41,145 nt of DNA from Lama guanicoe (Eukaryota): positions 34,302 to 75,446 of the forward strand of contig MU053369.1 in the NCBI GenBank assembly GCA_013239625.1. The letters run 5' to 3'. This document shows, one piece after another, positions 26,275-37,479 of the stretch. The notes beneath the pieces were generated by a model that was given only the letters and a program-made list of their open reading frames with translations, had not been told where the DNA came from and searched no databases. Made by a program: the position numbers and the translations under genes. Each line of letters starts with the position of its first letter. Position 1 is the first letter of the stretch.

Positions 26275-26810
26275 CAGCAGTCTTCTGCACACTCACGGTT
26301 GTGCAGCCCTCACCACCATCTATTTCCAGAACACTGCATCACCCCAAAAGAATCCCCCTGTCACTAGCAGTCACTCCCCAACCCCCCTCCACCCAGCACG
26401 TTGCAACCATCACCTGCTCTCTGCCTCCGCATGTGCCTTTTCTGGGCATTTAAGATCACTGAAATCAACAATATGTGGCCGTTTTTGTCTGCTTCCTTTC
26501 ACTTAACATGCTGTTATCAAGGCTTATCCATTTTGAAGTGGTATCAGCATCTCTCTTTTTTTTTTTTTTGAAAACGTTAAAAATTATTAGAAGGTGGTAA
26601 TTTCTATCTAAAAGAGTAGAGTGGAGCATAAGTGATTGGGATTCAAAGGGAAAAGCGCGGTTTGAACAGTCAGGGTGGACTTCCCAAAACAGGTGGCCTT
26701 TTTCATTTTCCTCTTTTTTTTTCTTTTTTATTCACTCTTACGTCTGAATAATGTTCCACTACATGGAGATACTATATTCTGTTCATCCATTCAGCAGCTA
26801 TGTATGGACG
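26275..26810 (-). mobile_element. L1MB-type 3' fragment, interrupted at about 26556-26710
   Basis: gttgtgcagccctcaccaccatctatttccagaac...ctttcacttaacatg...; resumes ctgaataatgttccact...ttcatccattca. Confidence 0.8.
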
Positions 26811-27140
26811 AAGTCCGGAAGAAAGAGTGTAAGAGGTGACTAGCATGGATGGCATTTAAGCAAAGGGCAAGATGTGCTTTCAAAAAAAAGCCAGCAAACA
26901 GAGGCACAAGGAAATTCAGTTCGTTTCTGAGCAAAGTGCATGCTTGCTTCGGCAGGACTTCCGTGCAGGGCTGGGGTGGATATTGGTGAGGGAGTCACAT
27001 GAGAATATTCCCCACTGCAAGCAGCTCAGCCAATTCTCCTCCCTCATCCTGTATTGTTAGAGCCATGTTTCTAGGTTTCTCTTATTTCAAGTAATAGCAG
27101 TTTAACTGCACATCTGATCATCTACAGAAGACCACATTAC

Positions 27141-27261
27141 CTCCAAGCCACAGAAAATCATTCACTGACCGGAGCAGATCCAAGACATAACGGTGATGGA
27201 TCAGGGAGTCCTGCAGCATCCCAGCCTGCAGGCACAAACCCCACATGTGCCCTGGAGATGT
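27141..27261 (-). pseudogene. TRAPPC9: TRAPPC9 exon 3 remnant, 121 nt, with deletion near its 5' end
   Basis: ttttattttccag|ACAT...[33 protein letters not shown]|gtaatg vs TRAPPC9 [32 protein letters not shown]; not in the ORF track. Confidence 0.95.
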
Positions 27262-28299
27262 CTGGAAAATAAAATGCATGGAATTATCTCACTGCTGGTA
27301 CACAAAATCTGCCCTTAAACTGCCCCAAAATCATGCTGGCAAAGCACTACTCAACCCTCTCACTACAAAAAAAAAGGTAAGAAGGCAAGTTTAGGCTCTT
27401 CCATTGATAATCAGCAACCATCACTGCCAGTATCTGAGCTGTAATGCTCCTGAATTTGAAAACCACTGCGAAGTTACTTTTCAAACGTGAAACTCATATA
27501 TGTATTCCACGTAGATGATATTACAGTAGGATTTTTCTTTTCAAAATTTCCAGTTGCAGCATTAGCACAAGAAAGTTTATGTTTCAGCTTTAAAAAAAAG
27601 TTATCCTCCACTCTCTTAATTTTGAACTTATTATTATTTTATAAATGGAGCTATGCTGTGTATTATAAACCTACTGTTTGATTTCTGTGTACAAGACCTT
27701 TATGACCTCACTATTTTAGAGCAAACTTTAACGATTCTTTGAGAGGTGGGGCCTGGGACACTCAACTAACAGCTCTTGAAATACTGACAAGGATGTGCTA
27801 TTAAGTAATGCAAAGGCTCTAACTCCACAGTAGCTCAAAAAGCAAAGAAACTACACCAAAGATTTACTTTAACAATTTTATATATTCCTATTCTTTTGAA
27901 TATTAAAGTTCTTAAAAGATATGATTTTTTTTGAAAAAGACAACAGCTGTATTAAATTTCCTCTCACCAAGAAAGCAATCTTTATCAAGAATAAAAACCC
28001 CTATGGAAATTGCAATGACAGGACGTTTCTAGCTAAGTGAACATCCAGATCTGAACACAAACCTAAATCCTATCAGATCTCACTCGAACAAGCTCAATAA
28101 CGTCCTGGGCTACCCTGGAAATTAGCTCTTCTGTTCCAAATGTTGGCTGAGCTAAGATCATCACACAAGGCAGGGAAGGAGAGAAGAGGAAAGTCCACCT
28201 GGCCGCCTCAATCAGTTTTCTTCCAGCCACAAGATGCCTCCAAGGTGGCCCCCGCTAACAAGCCCTCCCCATAAGGAAATCCGGCATCCACACTGCCCC

Positions 28300-28810
28300 T
28301 GCCGTCCCCAAGTAGCCAGGACGCCCCCCTCCCTGCGTGTGAATGGTCTTCTAATGACCCCCAGTTGGTGGCACCCTCGCCTTCTTCCCCGCTACACACA
28401 AACACACACACACACACACACAGAGAGCCAGGGCAGCCTTCCCAAATCACAAATTTGATTACATCACCCCCACTTCAAACCCTTCAGGGTCTCCCTGGTG
28501 GAATTCTAGCCCCACCCCAGAGACTGCTTGCCCAGCCTCACCTCAGTACACAGGTCCCCAGTGACCTCAGGGACCCCCTGACCTGCTCCTAATTCCCACT
28601 TGCATCCAGGCTCATTTTGACTGTTTTCCAAGGAAGCCTTCCCACCCTCCAAACTCCACAATTTGTTCCTCTGTTCCTAGAACATTCTAGGCTAAGTCAA
28701 CTTCTGACACTGCTAAGCTCACAAGAAGCAAATACATTTTGCTTACTAATGTGGCTCCAAACTCTCTCTCCTAGACTCACAGAAGTGCGCGTGTTATGAA
28801 CAAATGAATG
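28300..28810 (+). mobile_element. L2 remnant containing a (CA)n tract
   Basis: catcacccccacttcaaacccttcag...; ends tgaacaaatgaatga. Confidence 0.6.
28394..28422. repeat. (CA)n microsatellite
   Basis: acacacaaacacacacacacacacacaca. Confidence 0.95.
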
Positions 28811-31139
28811 ACGGGGTAGGTCTCAAAGGGACAGACATACCTGCTCTCGCCGGTCCCGACCCTTCTGTCTGTAGAATATCAGAAGCAAAACCAGAAATAC
28901 CTTTCCTGAGGGTCACTTTCTGATGACACCCTTCACTGCCTACTGTGTCAGCTCTACTAAAACCCAACTTTTTCCAAAGCACTCCACCCCGGACTCTCCC
29001 CAGCAGGGGCACCCTCCAACCTGGACCACACATGGCACTCTCCCCGGGTCCCCACGCCAAAAGCCTCCAGGCCTCTGCCCGGGCTGCACCTGTGACCTGA
29101 GCCACATTCTTGATTCATTCTCCTGGCTGACACTTACTCTGCCCTCACAACTGAATGTAGGGCCCATTTCTTCCAGGAAGTCCTCTCTGATAATGTCCTT
29201 TAGGTCTTGGCTGGGCTCCACCTATAGCACCAGTACATGGTGACCAACAGGGTGTTTGCCCGCTCCTTTGAGACCACGAAATCTTGGGGGCCACGTGGGA
29301 AGGAGTGAGAGATTACAAGAGGGGTGGGGGAAGCAAAAAGCAGAAATCACAGCCCAAGTCCCAAATTCAAGGATACTTTCTCAGAAAAAAGTATAAACTA
29401 TTTCACACGTGTGCAATTTGGCTACTATTCTTGCGGCTTGTGGACAGCTAGAGTTTTGTGTTCTAGTCCAAAGCCCAGATTACATGCAAAGAAATGTATA
29501 TATTCATATCCAAAGGAAACCAGAGCTGCTCAACAACAGTTTGCAGTTAGAATTGAAAGGAACTTTGATAAAGGCAATCTCTCTCTCTCTCTTCTTTCTT
29601 TTCTGGCATCATATAATTTTAGAAGTATTTGCGTGACTAAGAGGTGGCTACATCCCGTGATTCTGCACTGGAGTATTTGGGGCTGAGGAAGCCCAGATTA
29701 TATTCACTGTGTAAATGCAATCACACCAGCACACTGATAGGTGCCGTCGTGTTGGAGCTGATGTTCCAAAGCGGGCAACCTTATGTTGTAAGAGAACTCT
29801 AAATAGAAAGTAAGAAATGCAATGTTCTGTACTCAATTTCATTTGTTATATGGGCCATTAATTGATAGTATATCTTGACTAATGAAACCCAAATATAAAT
29901 TGTCAACGTCGATTTTCTTCATCTGACCGTTTTATGCTAACTTTGGATATCAAACCCTCACTCCATAAGTAAAGATCAGGCTTACGCTGCAGCACAGCTA
30001 CATCCCGTGGAAGAAAGCCAATCAAGGGAAAACTGGACAGTTTCCCTTCAGAAGCTGCTAAGTCTGGCTTTGCACCTGTATGTTATATGCCACCACGTCA
30101 TCGTCAAAGGAGTAAGACCTTACCTCTGTGGGGCGAAAAGCACTGCGGTGCTTCAGAAGCATCAAAAAACGCTAAGCTTTGTGAAACAGTCCTGAGGCAC
30201 TTAAATCGCACTTTTTCTGAAAGGCTCCAAAACTGACTTACTTCACCATTCCAGGTATAACAGGGAGGTACCGGAATTAGTAGAGAAAACTTGCCCTTGA
30301 AGTCTGACAAGGCCCTGCTTTAATCCTGCTACAGCATTTACTAGCCACTAAACGGACCAATTCCTTAACCCTCTGAGAAGGCTTCCCAATCTGCAAAACG
30401 GGGCTGCCACCGCCCACCTGGGAGGCATGGATGTGAATGCAACACGCAAGTAGGGCGGCCGACTGGTACCTGACACGGGGCCTTGCTAGTTTCCCTCCAC
30501 TGCCCTTCTCCCCCTTTAAACTTGCACTGTTCCCCCTGGTAAGGGTCAAGCCCCCGGAACAGACTGCCCGTATCTTCTGTGTATCCCCGGATACATGCCT
30601 TACCCTTAGGAGGCCAGAAAAACTGCCTCCTCCCCAGTCACTATCGATGTTCTTAACATTCTGGGTATTTTTATCTCTCGTTTTCAGGGAGACTATTCCA
30701 GAACTTGCCAAGCACCATTCTCCAGGTTGGCTCCCCTGCCAGCGCCCATCCATTCTCACCTCAGATACCCTGTATGATTGCCTTCTGTTCATGGGAAAGC
30801 GAGTCCGGTAAGATGGGGACTCCCAAGTACTCTCCCCTCCCTGACAGGTTAGTGTGACTACCTTCTCCCCAATGCCCACTCCCCACTCCAACTCCAGCTT
30901 CTAAGAAGGCTACCCTTCTAGACCCTGCAGCCTCTTTATCTTCCCAAGACACACACCCACCTGGCCACGACCCTCCCTTCAGATTTCTTCCTGGCTGGCC
31001 CTGCCCACCGCCCGGACCCTTAAAGATAAATGGCATTGCTCTGAAAATCGCAAACGCCGCTGACTGACACACCAAAGTTGCATGGTCTGGGCTTTCCTCC
31101 AACACAGGCACAGCCCTGACCTCCCTCAGCCTAGGTCGG

Positions 31140-31490
31140 CAACTCTCGAGATGATCTAATTCACATGCAAGGCTGTGAACACCAGCTAAGAATGACGACT
31201 CCCAACGTGTATCTCTAGTCCGGCTCCTTCAACTGAGCCCCAGTCTCATAGACACGAGTGCCTATTTGAAGTCCTAACTTGAATGAGAAATGGCATCTTA
31301 AAAATGCCAAATGTCCACCATTTACTCTGGAATTCGATTCCCGGCAGGTACCTCCCAGGCTCCCCATTTTAGTAACAGCCCCAGCACCCACCTATGTGTC
31401 TGAGGCCACATTCAATTTCCCCTGTTGCCTCCCCCCAGCCCTGCCCTGGAATCAGTCCTATTATTTCCGTTGCTAAGCCCATCTCAATTC
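31140..31490 (+). mobile_element. L2 remnant
   Basis: gatgatctaattcac...atgacgactcccaacgtgtatctctagtcc...tgcctatttga. Confidence 0.65.
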
Positions 31491-34231
31491 TGGTTCTGCA
31501 GGGACCATGGCCGGAACCCCACAAGCTCACAGCATGGTGCAGTGAGTCACAGTCCTCCGTAGGGTGCTCCCTGGAGGGGGAGGCATCTCCTGGCACGGGT
31601 CACCTCAGAAGGCACTGGATTCTCACAAAGAAGGCCCAGGAGAAGGGACTAAAGGTTCTCGCATGGTCTGAGCTTTGAAGGGCCCGAGGTCTAGGGGAGC
31701 TCCTAATTAGCAGACACACTTGCCAGTGAGCAGATGAGGATGGAGGATCCCAGGAAAGGCTGTTCTCAATCCGACCCCTGGGCTCTCGGGAGCCACGGGA
31801 AAGGCCTGTGTCCAGGGCACAGCCAAGCCATCGCAGATCCCAGCCTGCATTTGCCAACCCGGACAGACTGGACTCCATCTACTTGCGACACTTACATCTG
31901 TTTTTTTCCCCACAAAGAATGTGATGGACTCATTCAGATATTCTGACCTGTCTCAAGCGAGACAAATTCAGTGAAAAATGATGTGTCCACATTTGGACCA
32001 GAGCATGAAAGGAGAAACAATGCCTCATGGTCAGCATGAAGGTGGTGGTGAAACCCTTCCCCCGGGTGAGATGAACCAGGGTAGGAGTGAGAATCCAAGG
32101 TCCTAGGTCGGCCAAAGCATCTACCTTCACGGCTGACTGGGGTGTTGGGAGACTCACTACCGCAAACTAACAACAAGGCCGTCAGTGGTGGACATCAGCT
32201 GCAACAGGCACGGAGTCAGCTACTTACTGCAAACATGGGTTAAAAGTAAAGGCCGGGGCAGAGAGGTCTGCAAGGCTGCTGAGGCAAACCACAGACCTGG
32301 CTCTGAATGCCCACTGGCTGAAAGAGAGAGGAACCTACGGTCCCCTTTAGCGGTCCCTGTGTCCACCAGATCCAGGTGAGCCAGCTACTTAGGAGAAGGC
32401 CACGTAGTCCTGATACTCAGAAGAACCAGCCTTGTAAAGGGAACAAAAGAGTGGCATGGATTTTAGACCCAATTCTGCCCGTTTATGAAGGCAAAGTAAA
32501 GTAAATGGCACGGGGAAGTTGAATGCAAAAAAAAAAAATTAAATAACAAAACGATGACTGCTTCCACCAACAGCGTCCCCTGCAGCTGCTCACCCCCGGG
32601 CCTGCCACTTCCTCACCAGTGACCGCAGGCCAGGAAGCTCCGTCACGCACGTCACACAGCAACAGCCAGGAACCGCGTGCTGAGCATGTTTGTGTAAAAG
32701 CAGGAATCGAGCAAGATCCTGCAGAATTTGACTTTACAAGTTTAAATACTCCATGGAAAGAATACCTCTGCAACCGCCTAAATCAATTCGCATCTCACTT
32801 CTTCAAAACACTCAAATTTAATAAGGGCGCATTTGTCACCAAATATAAGGAGGACCAAACAGGTTCCTCAAAGTAAGGATTTTAACAGGTATCAAACTCC
32901 AGTGGGTGATGGGCTAACAGAGCAAAAATTCCAAAAAACTAGAAAATAAAATGATGACTAGGGTAATACATGGATCAAGACAGCCGTTAAGTTTTTGCTT
33001 TTTAAAGAGTTGGAGACAGTACGGAGGGCAATCTGGCTATTTCCAATGCAGGGTGTGAACAGCCCACATTTTCAGACACAACAACATGCTCACTGGGCAG
33101 TACAAGAGAAAAAGGAATAAAGAAAAAGGAAAAGAGGAACAAGAGAGAATTAGAAACATGCAAGAACAAAAACAATTTTTACAACATGTACAAGAATTTA
33201 CGTGAGTGTGTGAGGCCAGGGACGCGGGGACGGTGAGACCCACCCTCACCTCCTGATCCAGGGAAGGCAAGGGCCTGAAGGGAGCGGCTCTGCCGGAGGA
33301 CCCCAACGTGGTCAGCGCCCCAAACCAAAACTCCACCTACATGCGTCTAGGCAGCTTTTGAGATACAAAATGTGGTCACATTTCAGGCTGGACAGTTTTA
33401 CTCACTTCCACCAAGAGTAGCAGGAGAGAATTAGGCTCTGCTCCTGCACCAAAGCATTGTTTAAAAAATTAATGACTGTGGAATAGTAAAAGCAACAATG
33501 AAGTAAAAGTGACTGGAGGAGAACGTGCTTGACCCGAGCTCACTGGCCGTGTTATCTCACTGACTTTAAGAAGCTGGCTGAGCTCTTATGGAACCAGAAC
33601 AGACAGACCCACAAGGAGGGAGGTTTAATGCGCTGCTGTATTTGATGCCGAGAGCCATGCCTGGTACACGAGGTTCTGGGTAAACAGTGGTGACAATGTC
33701 AACCACTATGGGCTAAGCACACATCCAGCTACTCCGCCAAATCCCAAGGGCCGACTTCAAAAAGCAAAAACAAGCTGGCATTTTCTGGTGGGACTGCAGA
33801 CTCACAGCCAAGCAGTTGCTGAGCAAAAATGTCACCAGTGCCTCCTATGACAAAAGAAGAGGCACTGGCCTGGGGGCTGGGGCAGGGCTCCAGGCTTCCA
33901 CTGCTCACCCACCAGCCTGTCCAGTGGGAGAAGGTGGTCGCTGCTTACATTTTACCGTTGCACCTACCTTGACTGATGCCTGGGGCCTCAGCAGGAGGTG
34001 ACATGTGAGGTGAACGGAGCCAGCCTCGGTGTAGCACAGTGCTGGCAGCTATGCCGTCAGCAGTGCCCAGGCTCCTAAACATGCCAGCTCATTTCCAAGA
34101 AGCAGAAGGGGAGTGCGGGCGTGTAGAATACAGGGCCCTGTGAGGACAAGTACAGATCATGGCCACGACATGCCTTGCCCCTTCCTTAAGCCATAGAGGG
34201 ATGTCCGGGAGGAACAGAAAATTCATCCAGA

Positions 34232-34274
34232 NNNNNNNNNNNNNNNNNNNNNNNNNNNNNNNNNNNNNNNNNNN
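34232..34274. other. Assembly gap (N run)
   Basis: 43 N. Confidence 1.
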
Positions 34275-34679
34275 GACCGTCACCTGTGGGACCACCATGA
34301 GCCCTCTCCAGACTCAAGGACAGAGGCCGTAGGCCGGGGGAACACAGCTTCCCTCACTCTCCCCAGCAAAGGGGGACCACCTCTCGGGAAAGGCATCTCA
34401 CCCTCTTCTGCCCGAGGAACAGCACGATAGATACATGAGGAAACAGAGCAGAAGGTGGGGGGTAGGCAGCCCACAAGAGCTCGTCTGTATTTCCGAGGCA
34501 AAGTGGGGACGTTGACTTAATCACAGGGACAAAGTGACGATGAACATTTCCCTGCTCTGTCCCATACTCCATGATACACCTTTCCCTGCATAAGGAGTTC
34601 ATTCGGAAGTCCCTGGCGGTGTTTCTGATGTCCTAACATGGCATGCTGGCTGTCGGGCAGGAAGAGAGGGCCTGAGCCG

Positions 34680-34835
34680 AACAGGTGCTGGGCCTGGGAG
34701 TCAGGAGACACCGGCTCCAGCCTCAGCTCAACCAGCACCCGGTTCTGTCTCTCGGGATTCAGCATCTCATCTATAAGCAAAGGGATGAGACTGTCTCAGG
34801 ACAGGAACAGAAATGAAATGAGAGCCGTGTAAATG
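34680..34835 (+). mobile_element. MIR
   Basis: gctgggcctgggagtcaggagacac...catctcatctataa. Confidence 0.55.
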
Positions 34836-34849
34836 AAGTTTCCCAGTTG

Positions 34850-35121
34850 ACACATTTAAAACGGTAAACAAAGAAACCAACAAACAAAAAACAAATACTA
34901 GAAACTGATTTTAAGAACAGATTTTACTTAATCTACTGTATGTAAAACACTATCATTTTGACATGTAATCAATATAGGAAGTGACAAGAGAGTTTATATA
35001 TTTTTACTAGACAAGCCTCAGCGTCTGATGAGCATTTGACCTACAGGACACCTCAGTTCAGACCAGCCTCCTCCCCAGCGCTCCAAGCATCAGTGGCTGT
35101 GGCTAACCTATTGGACAGCAA
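34850..35121. mobile_element. MER33/MER3-like hAT-Charlie DNA transposon remnant
   Basis: tatcattttgacatgtaatcaatata...gtggctgtggctaacctattggacagca terminus. Confidence 0.7.
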
Positions 35122-35360
35122 CTCCATGGGTCCCAACATTGTCCTGGTTGAAAAGCGGGATTAAGTGTCCACACTAACCCTAAAAGGAACTCTCTGAAAC
35201 AAAGGGGGATTCACTTTGAAATGTCTGTAAACTGGCGGGCTTCACCTCCCTCCCTCCTTGGCTACAAGACAGCCCTCTTCCTTGCTGATCCCTTTCTGAA
35301 TGTAGGGAAGAAATCCGGGGGAAACACAGCCAGGGTGGACTGGCCTCCAGGTAAACTTAC

Positions 35361-35933
35361 CTGCTGTCTGTGTCCAGTCCCATGAAGTCCTCCTTCTCAA
35401 ACGGGATGCAGAGGAGGGGGATCTTGTCCCCAGAATTCTTGGGGCCCCCATCCAGCCACTTGGACTTGGGCAAGATGAAGAGTGATTCAGTGAAGTCCTC
35501 GATCCTCTTCTCCACCACCCTGCAGTCCTCGTAGTTTGAAGGACAAGTTGGTGCGTGGCTGCTCGGTTACCTCCCCATGCAGCACAAAGACAAAGAGCTG
35601 AGAGTCATTAAGCGTGGTGCCATACAGCTCCTCTGCACTTGGAGCTTCTCGAAGGCCTTCGCTGAGAGACAGTCGGTAATGGTGACAGGGCCCACGACCT
35701 TGCGGTGGGTGTGGAAGCCACTCCACCCATTCTCGGGCACATAGTGGTGCCTGTAGTGGATACACAGTGCCCACTGGGAGCCGCACGGGCTGATACGGCT
35801 CACCAAGGAGATTCGCTTATAGATGCAAAAGAAATTCTCCTCTGAAATGATCCCCATGGGTTGGACCACTACGGGAAGGGTCTGGTGGTCCTCAGCACAC
35901 TGCATGTAGTCAGGGATGCTCATGTTGCAGGCC
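35361..35933 (-). pseudogene. TRAPPC9: TRAPPC9 exon 2 remnant (first coding exon), 573 nt
   Basis: ctctcagcag|GGCCTGCAAC ATG(35923) [32 protein letters not shown]...THRKVVG...; frameshift near 35632 then [27 protein letters not shown]; frameshift near 35538 then [20 protein letters not shown]...[25 protein letters not shown]|gtaagt. Matches TRAPPC9 [24 protein letters not shown]...KDFVGLDTDSR. Confidence 0.97.
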
Positions 35934-36124
35934 CTGCTGAGAGGGCAGAGGAGATTGAGGTACATACTGTGATGTGCGTTGCTGGCCTCACTGGGTTGCG
36001 GTGACCTGGTGTGTACCAGCCAGAAGGCAAGGGAAGCCAAAAATCCGGGGGTACAGTTTGTCCTCATAGTCTGCACATGGCTACTGTAGCTCGGATCACA
36101 TTACCCAGTTTTTGGTCTAGGCTT

Positions 36125-36230
36125 CCTGCCCCTGCAGAGAAGTGTCATTTCTTATTTTATATTTCCAAGCACCTAGCAAGGCTCTGATATAAAGTCACTA
36201 CTCAAAAATGCTGAATAAAGAAATGAACAA
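36125..36230 (+). mobile_element. L2 3' end
   Basis: ccaagcacctagca...ctcaaaaatgctgaataaagaaatgaa. Confidence 0.55.
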
Positions 36231-36362
36231 AGGATATGCTTTCCCCAAACTCCTTCAGCAGAATATAAAGAAAAGAAAAGGACTAGGATCAAAAGATCTA
36301 GATTTCTATCCAATTTATTTGAATCCCTAAGCTTCATAATAATGGATAAGAAAACTTGCCTT

Positions 36363-36510
36363 GGGGAGGAGGGTAGAGTTCAGTGGTAGAGCAGAGCACT
36401 AGCATGTACGAGGTCCTGGGTTCAAACCCCAGTACCTCATTTTAAAAAATCAAACAAATAAATACACCTAATTTCCCTCCTGAAAAAGTATTTTTTAATT
36501 CAAAAGTCAA
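36363..36510 (+). mobile_element. Camelid tRNA-derived SINE (Vic-1-like)
   Basis: gggaggagggtagagttcagtggtagagc...agcatgtacgaggtcctgggttcaaaccccagtacctc (Pol III A/B boxes), then aaataaataca-cctaatttccctcc tail. Confidence 0.85.
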
Positions 36511-36522
36511 AAAACACCTTGC

Positions 36523-36568
36523 AATTGACACAACATTGTAAACTTGACTATACATCAATTAAAAAAAA
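36523..36568 (+). mobile_element. Extremely 5'-truncated young L1 tail
   Basis: aattgacacaacattgtaaacttgactatacatcaatt + A8. Confidence 0.65.
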
Positions 36569-36753
36569 TCCTTGCCTTGCAAGAATATATCTGGATTACG
36601 GATGTTTGCAAATGTAAAATGCCTAGGGTACCACCTGCATAAAAAGTGGTGACTGTACAAATGTACTATCCCCCCTTTATGAGCTATTCTTCCTTTGGGG
36701 GAGTTATAACCTCTCAGAGCTAATTTTCTCAGTTTAAAAAATATAAACATTAC

Positions 36754-36787
36754 CTGGTTCTCAGTACTGCTGAAGAATCAGATAACC
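36754..36787 (-). other. Candidate 34-nt non-coding exon from an antisense L2 3' end
   Basis: gctttcttag|GGTTATCTGATTCTTCAGCAGTACTGAGAACCAG|gtaatg. Confidence 0.4.
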
Positions 36788-36852
36788 CTAAGAAAGCATC
36801 TGACCCACAGAATTTACTCAATAAATGTTTTTTGAATGAATGAATAAACAAG
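36755..36852 (+). mobile_element. L2 3' end
   Basis: ctcaataaatgttttttgaatgaatgaataaa. Confidence 0.7.
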
Positions 36853-37059
36853 CAAAGTGAATGCTGCTCCCTGCCAAAGACCATCATAATGATACTTCCT
36901 GGAAATCCCAAGCCCACGTTCACCAGACTCTGCACTAACAATGTGGGTGACCTGGACAGGCCTGTGTGCTTCTCTAAGCCCCAATTTAATCGTGGATAGA
37001 AATGAGGGCAATAACACAAACCTCAAATTGTTAGTGAGTCAGTAATGAATTGTACCCCA

Positions 37060-37180
37060 ATATTGCAAGATGGAACCATTAAGGAAAACTGGGCAAAGAG
37101 TCCATAGGCTCTCTCCATATTATCTCTTACTACCACATGGGAATCTACATTACATCTCAAAATAAAAAGTCTAATTTTTT
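37060..37180 (+). mobile_element. L1M 3' end inserted in a MIR
   Basis: gcaagatggaaccattaaggaaaactgggcaaag...gaatctaca...tctcaaaataaaaag. Confidence 0.65.
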
Positions 37181-37424
37181 AAAGAGGTTTTCGAGGTTAG
37201 GTGAGCTCACTGTCTCAAATAAGGAACACACAGTACAAATAGGACAATGCCCAGCCCATGAGATACACTCAGTTAACATTCCCACTGAGCCCACTAGTCC
37301 CTCCAACTTCTAATGGTGTCCACTTCCAAGAGCCCATGTGACCATCCTTGTTCTAATTTTCTATTTCTAATTTTTTTCTTTTCATTAAATAGAAACACCC
37401 AATTCCATAGAATGCTTACCAGAT

Positions 37425-37479
37425 ATCATGATGGCAGCCCTTCAAAACCTGACCACAGAGATCATGATGGCAGCCCTTC
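37425..37479. repeat. 19-bp direct repeat, 36-bp period
   Basis: atcatgatggcagcccttc at 37425 and 37461. Confidence 0.9.

Larger units (their letters stand above)
4947..35933 (-). pseudogene. TRAPPC9 (pseudogene copy): Unprocessed (intron-containing) TRAPPC9-like duplicated pseudogene, exon 2 to exon 7 remnants
   Basis: Four separate segments translate to consecutive parts of the TRAPPC9 N-terminus, collinear on the minus strand, each bounded by AG/GT; multiple frameshifts and stops. Confidence 0.92.

Noticed and set aside
29647..30009. 13-bp direct repeat gctacatcccgtg, 350 bp apart
   Set aside because: Within chance expectation for this window; no element recognisable between copies
30277..30891. 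204-aa ORF
   Set aside because: No recognisable homology, non-ATG start, no supporting exon structure
35361..35933. Processed retrocopy of TRAPPC9
   Set aside because: Similarity stops at splice sites, there is no poly(A), and later exons lie kilobases away
35924..36076. N-terminal extension in the 169-aa ORF
   Set aside because: Mostly upstream of the splice acceptor; intronic read-through
36363..36440. tRNA gene
   Set aside because: A/B boxes belong to a SINE head with an A-rich tail; no full cloverleaf
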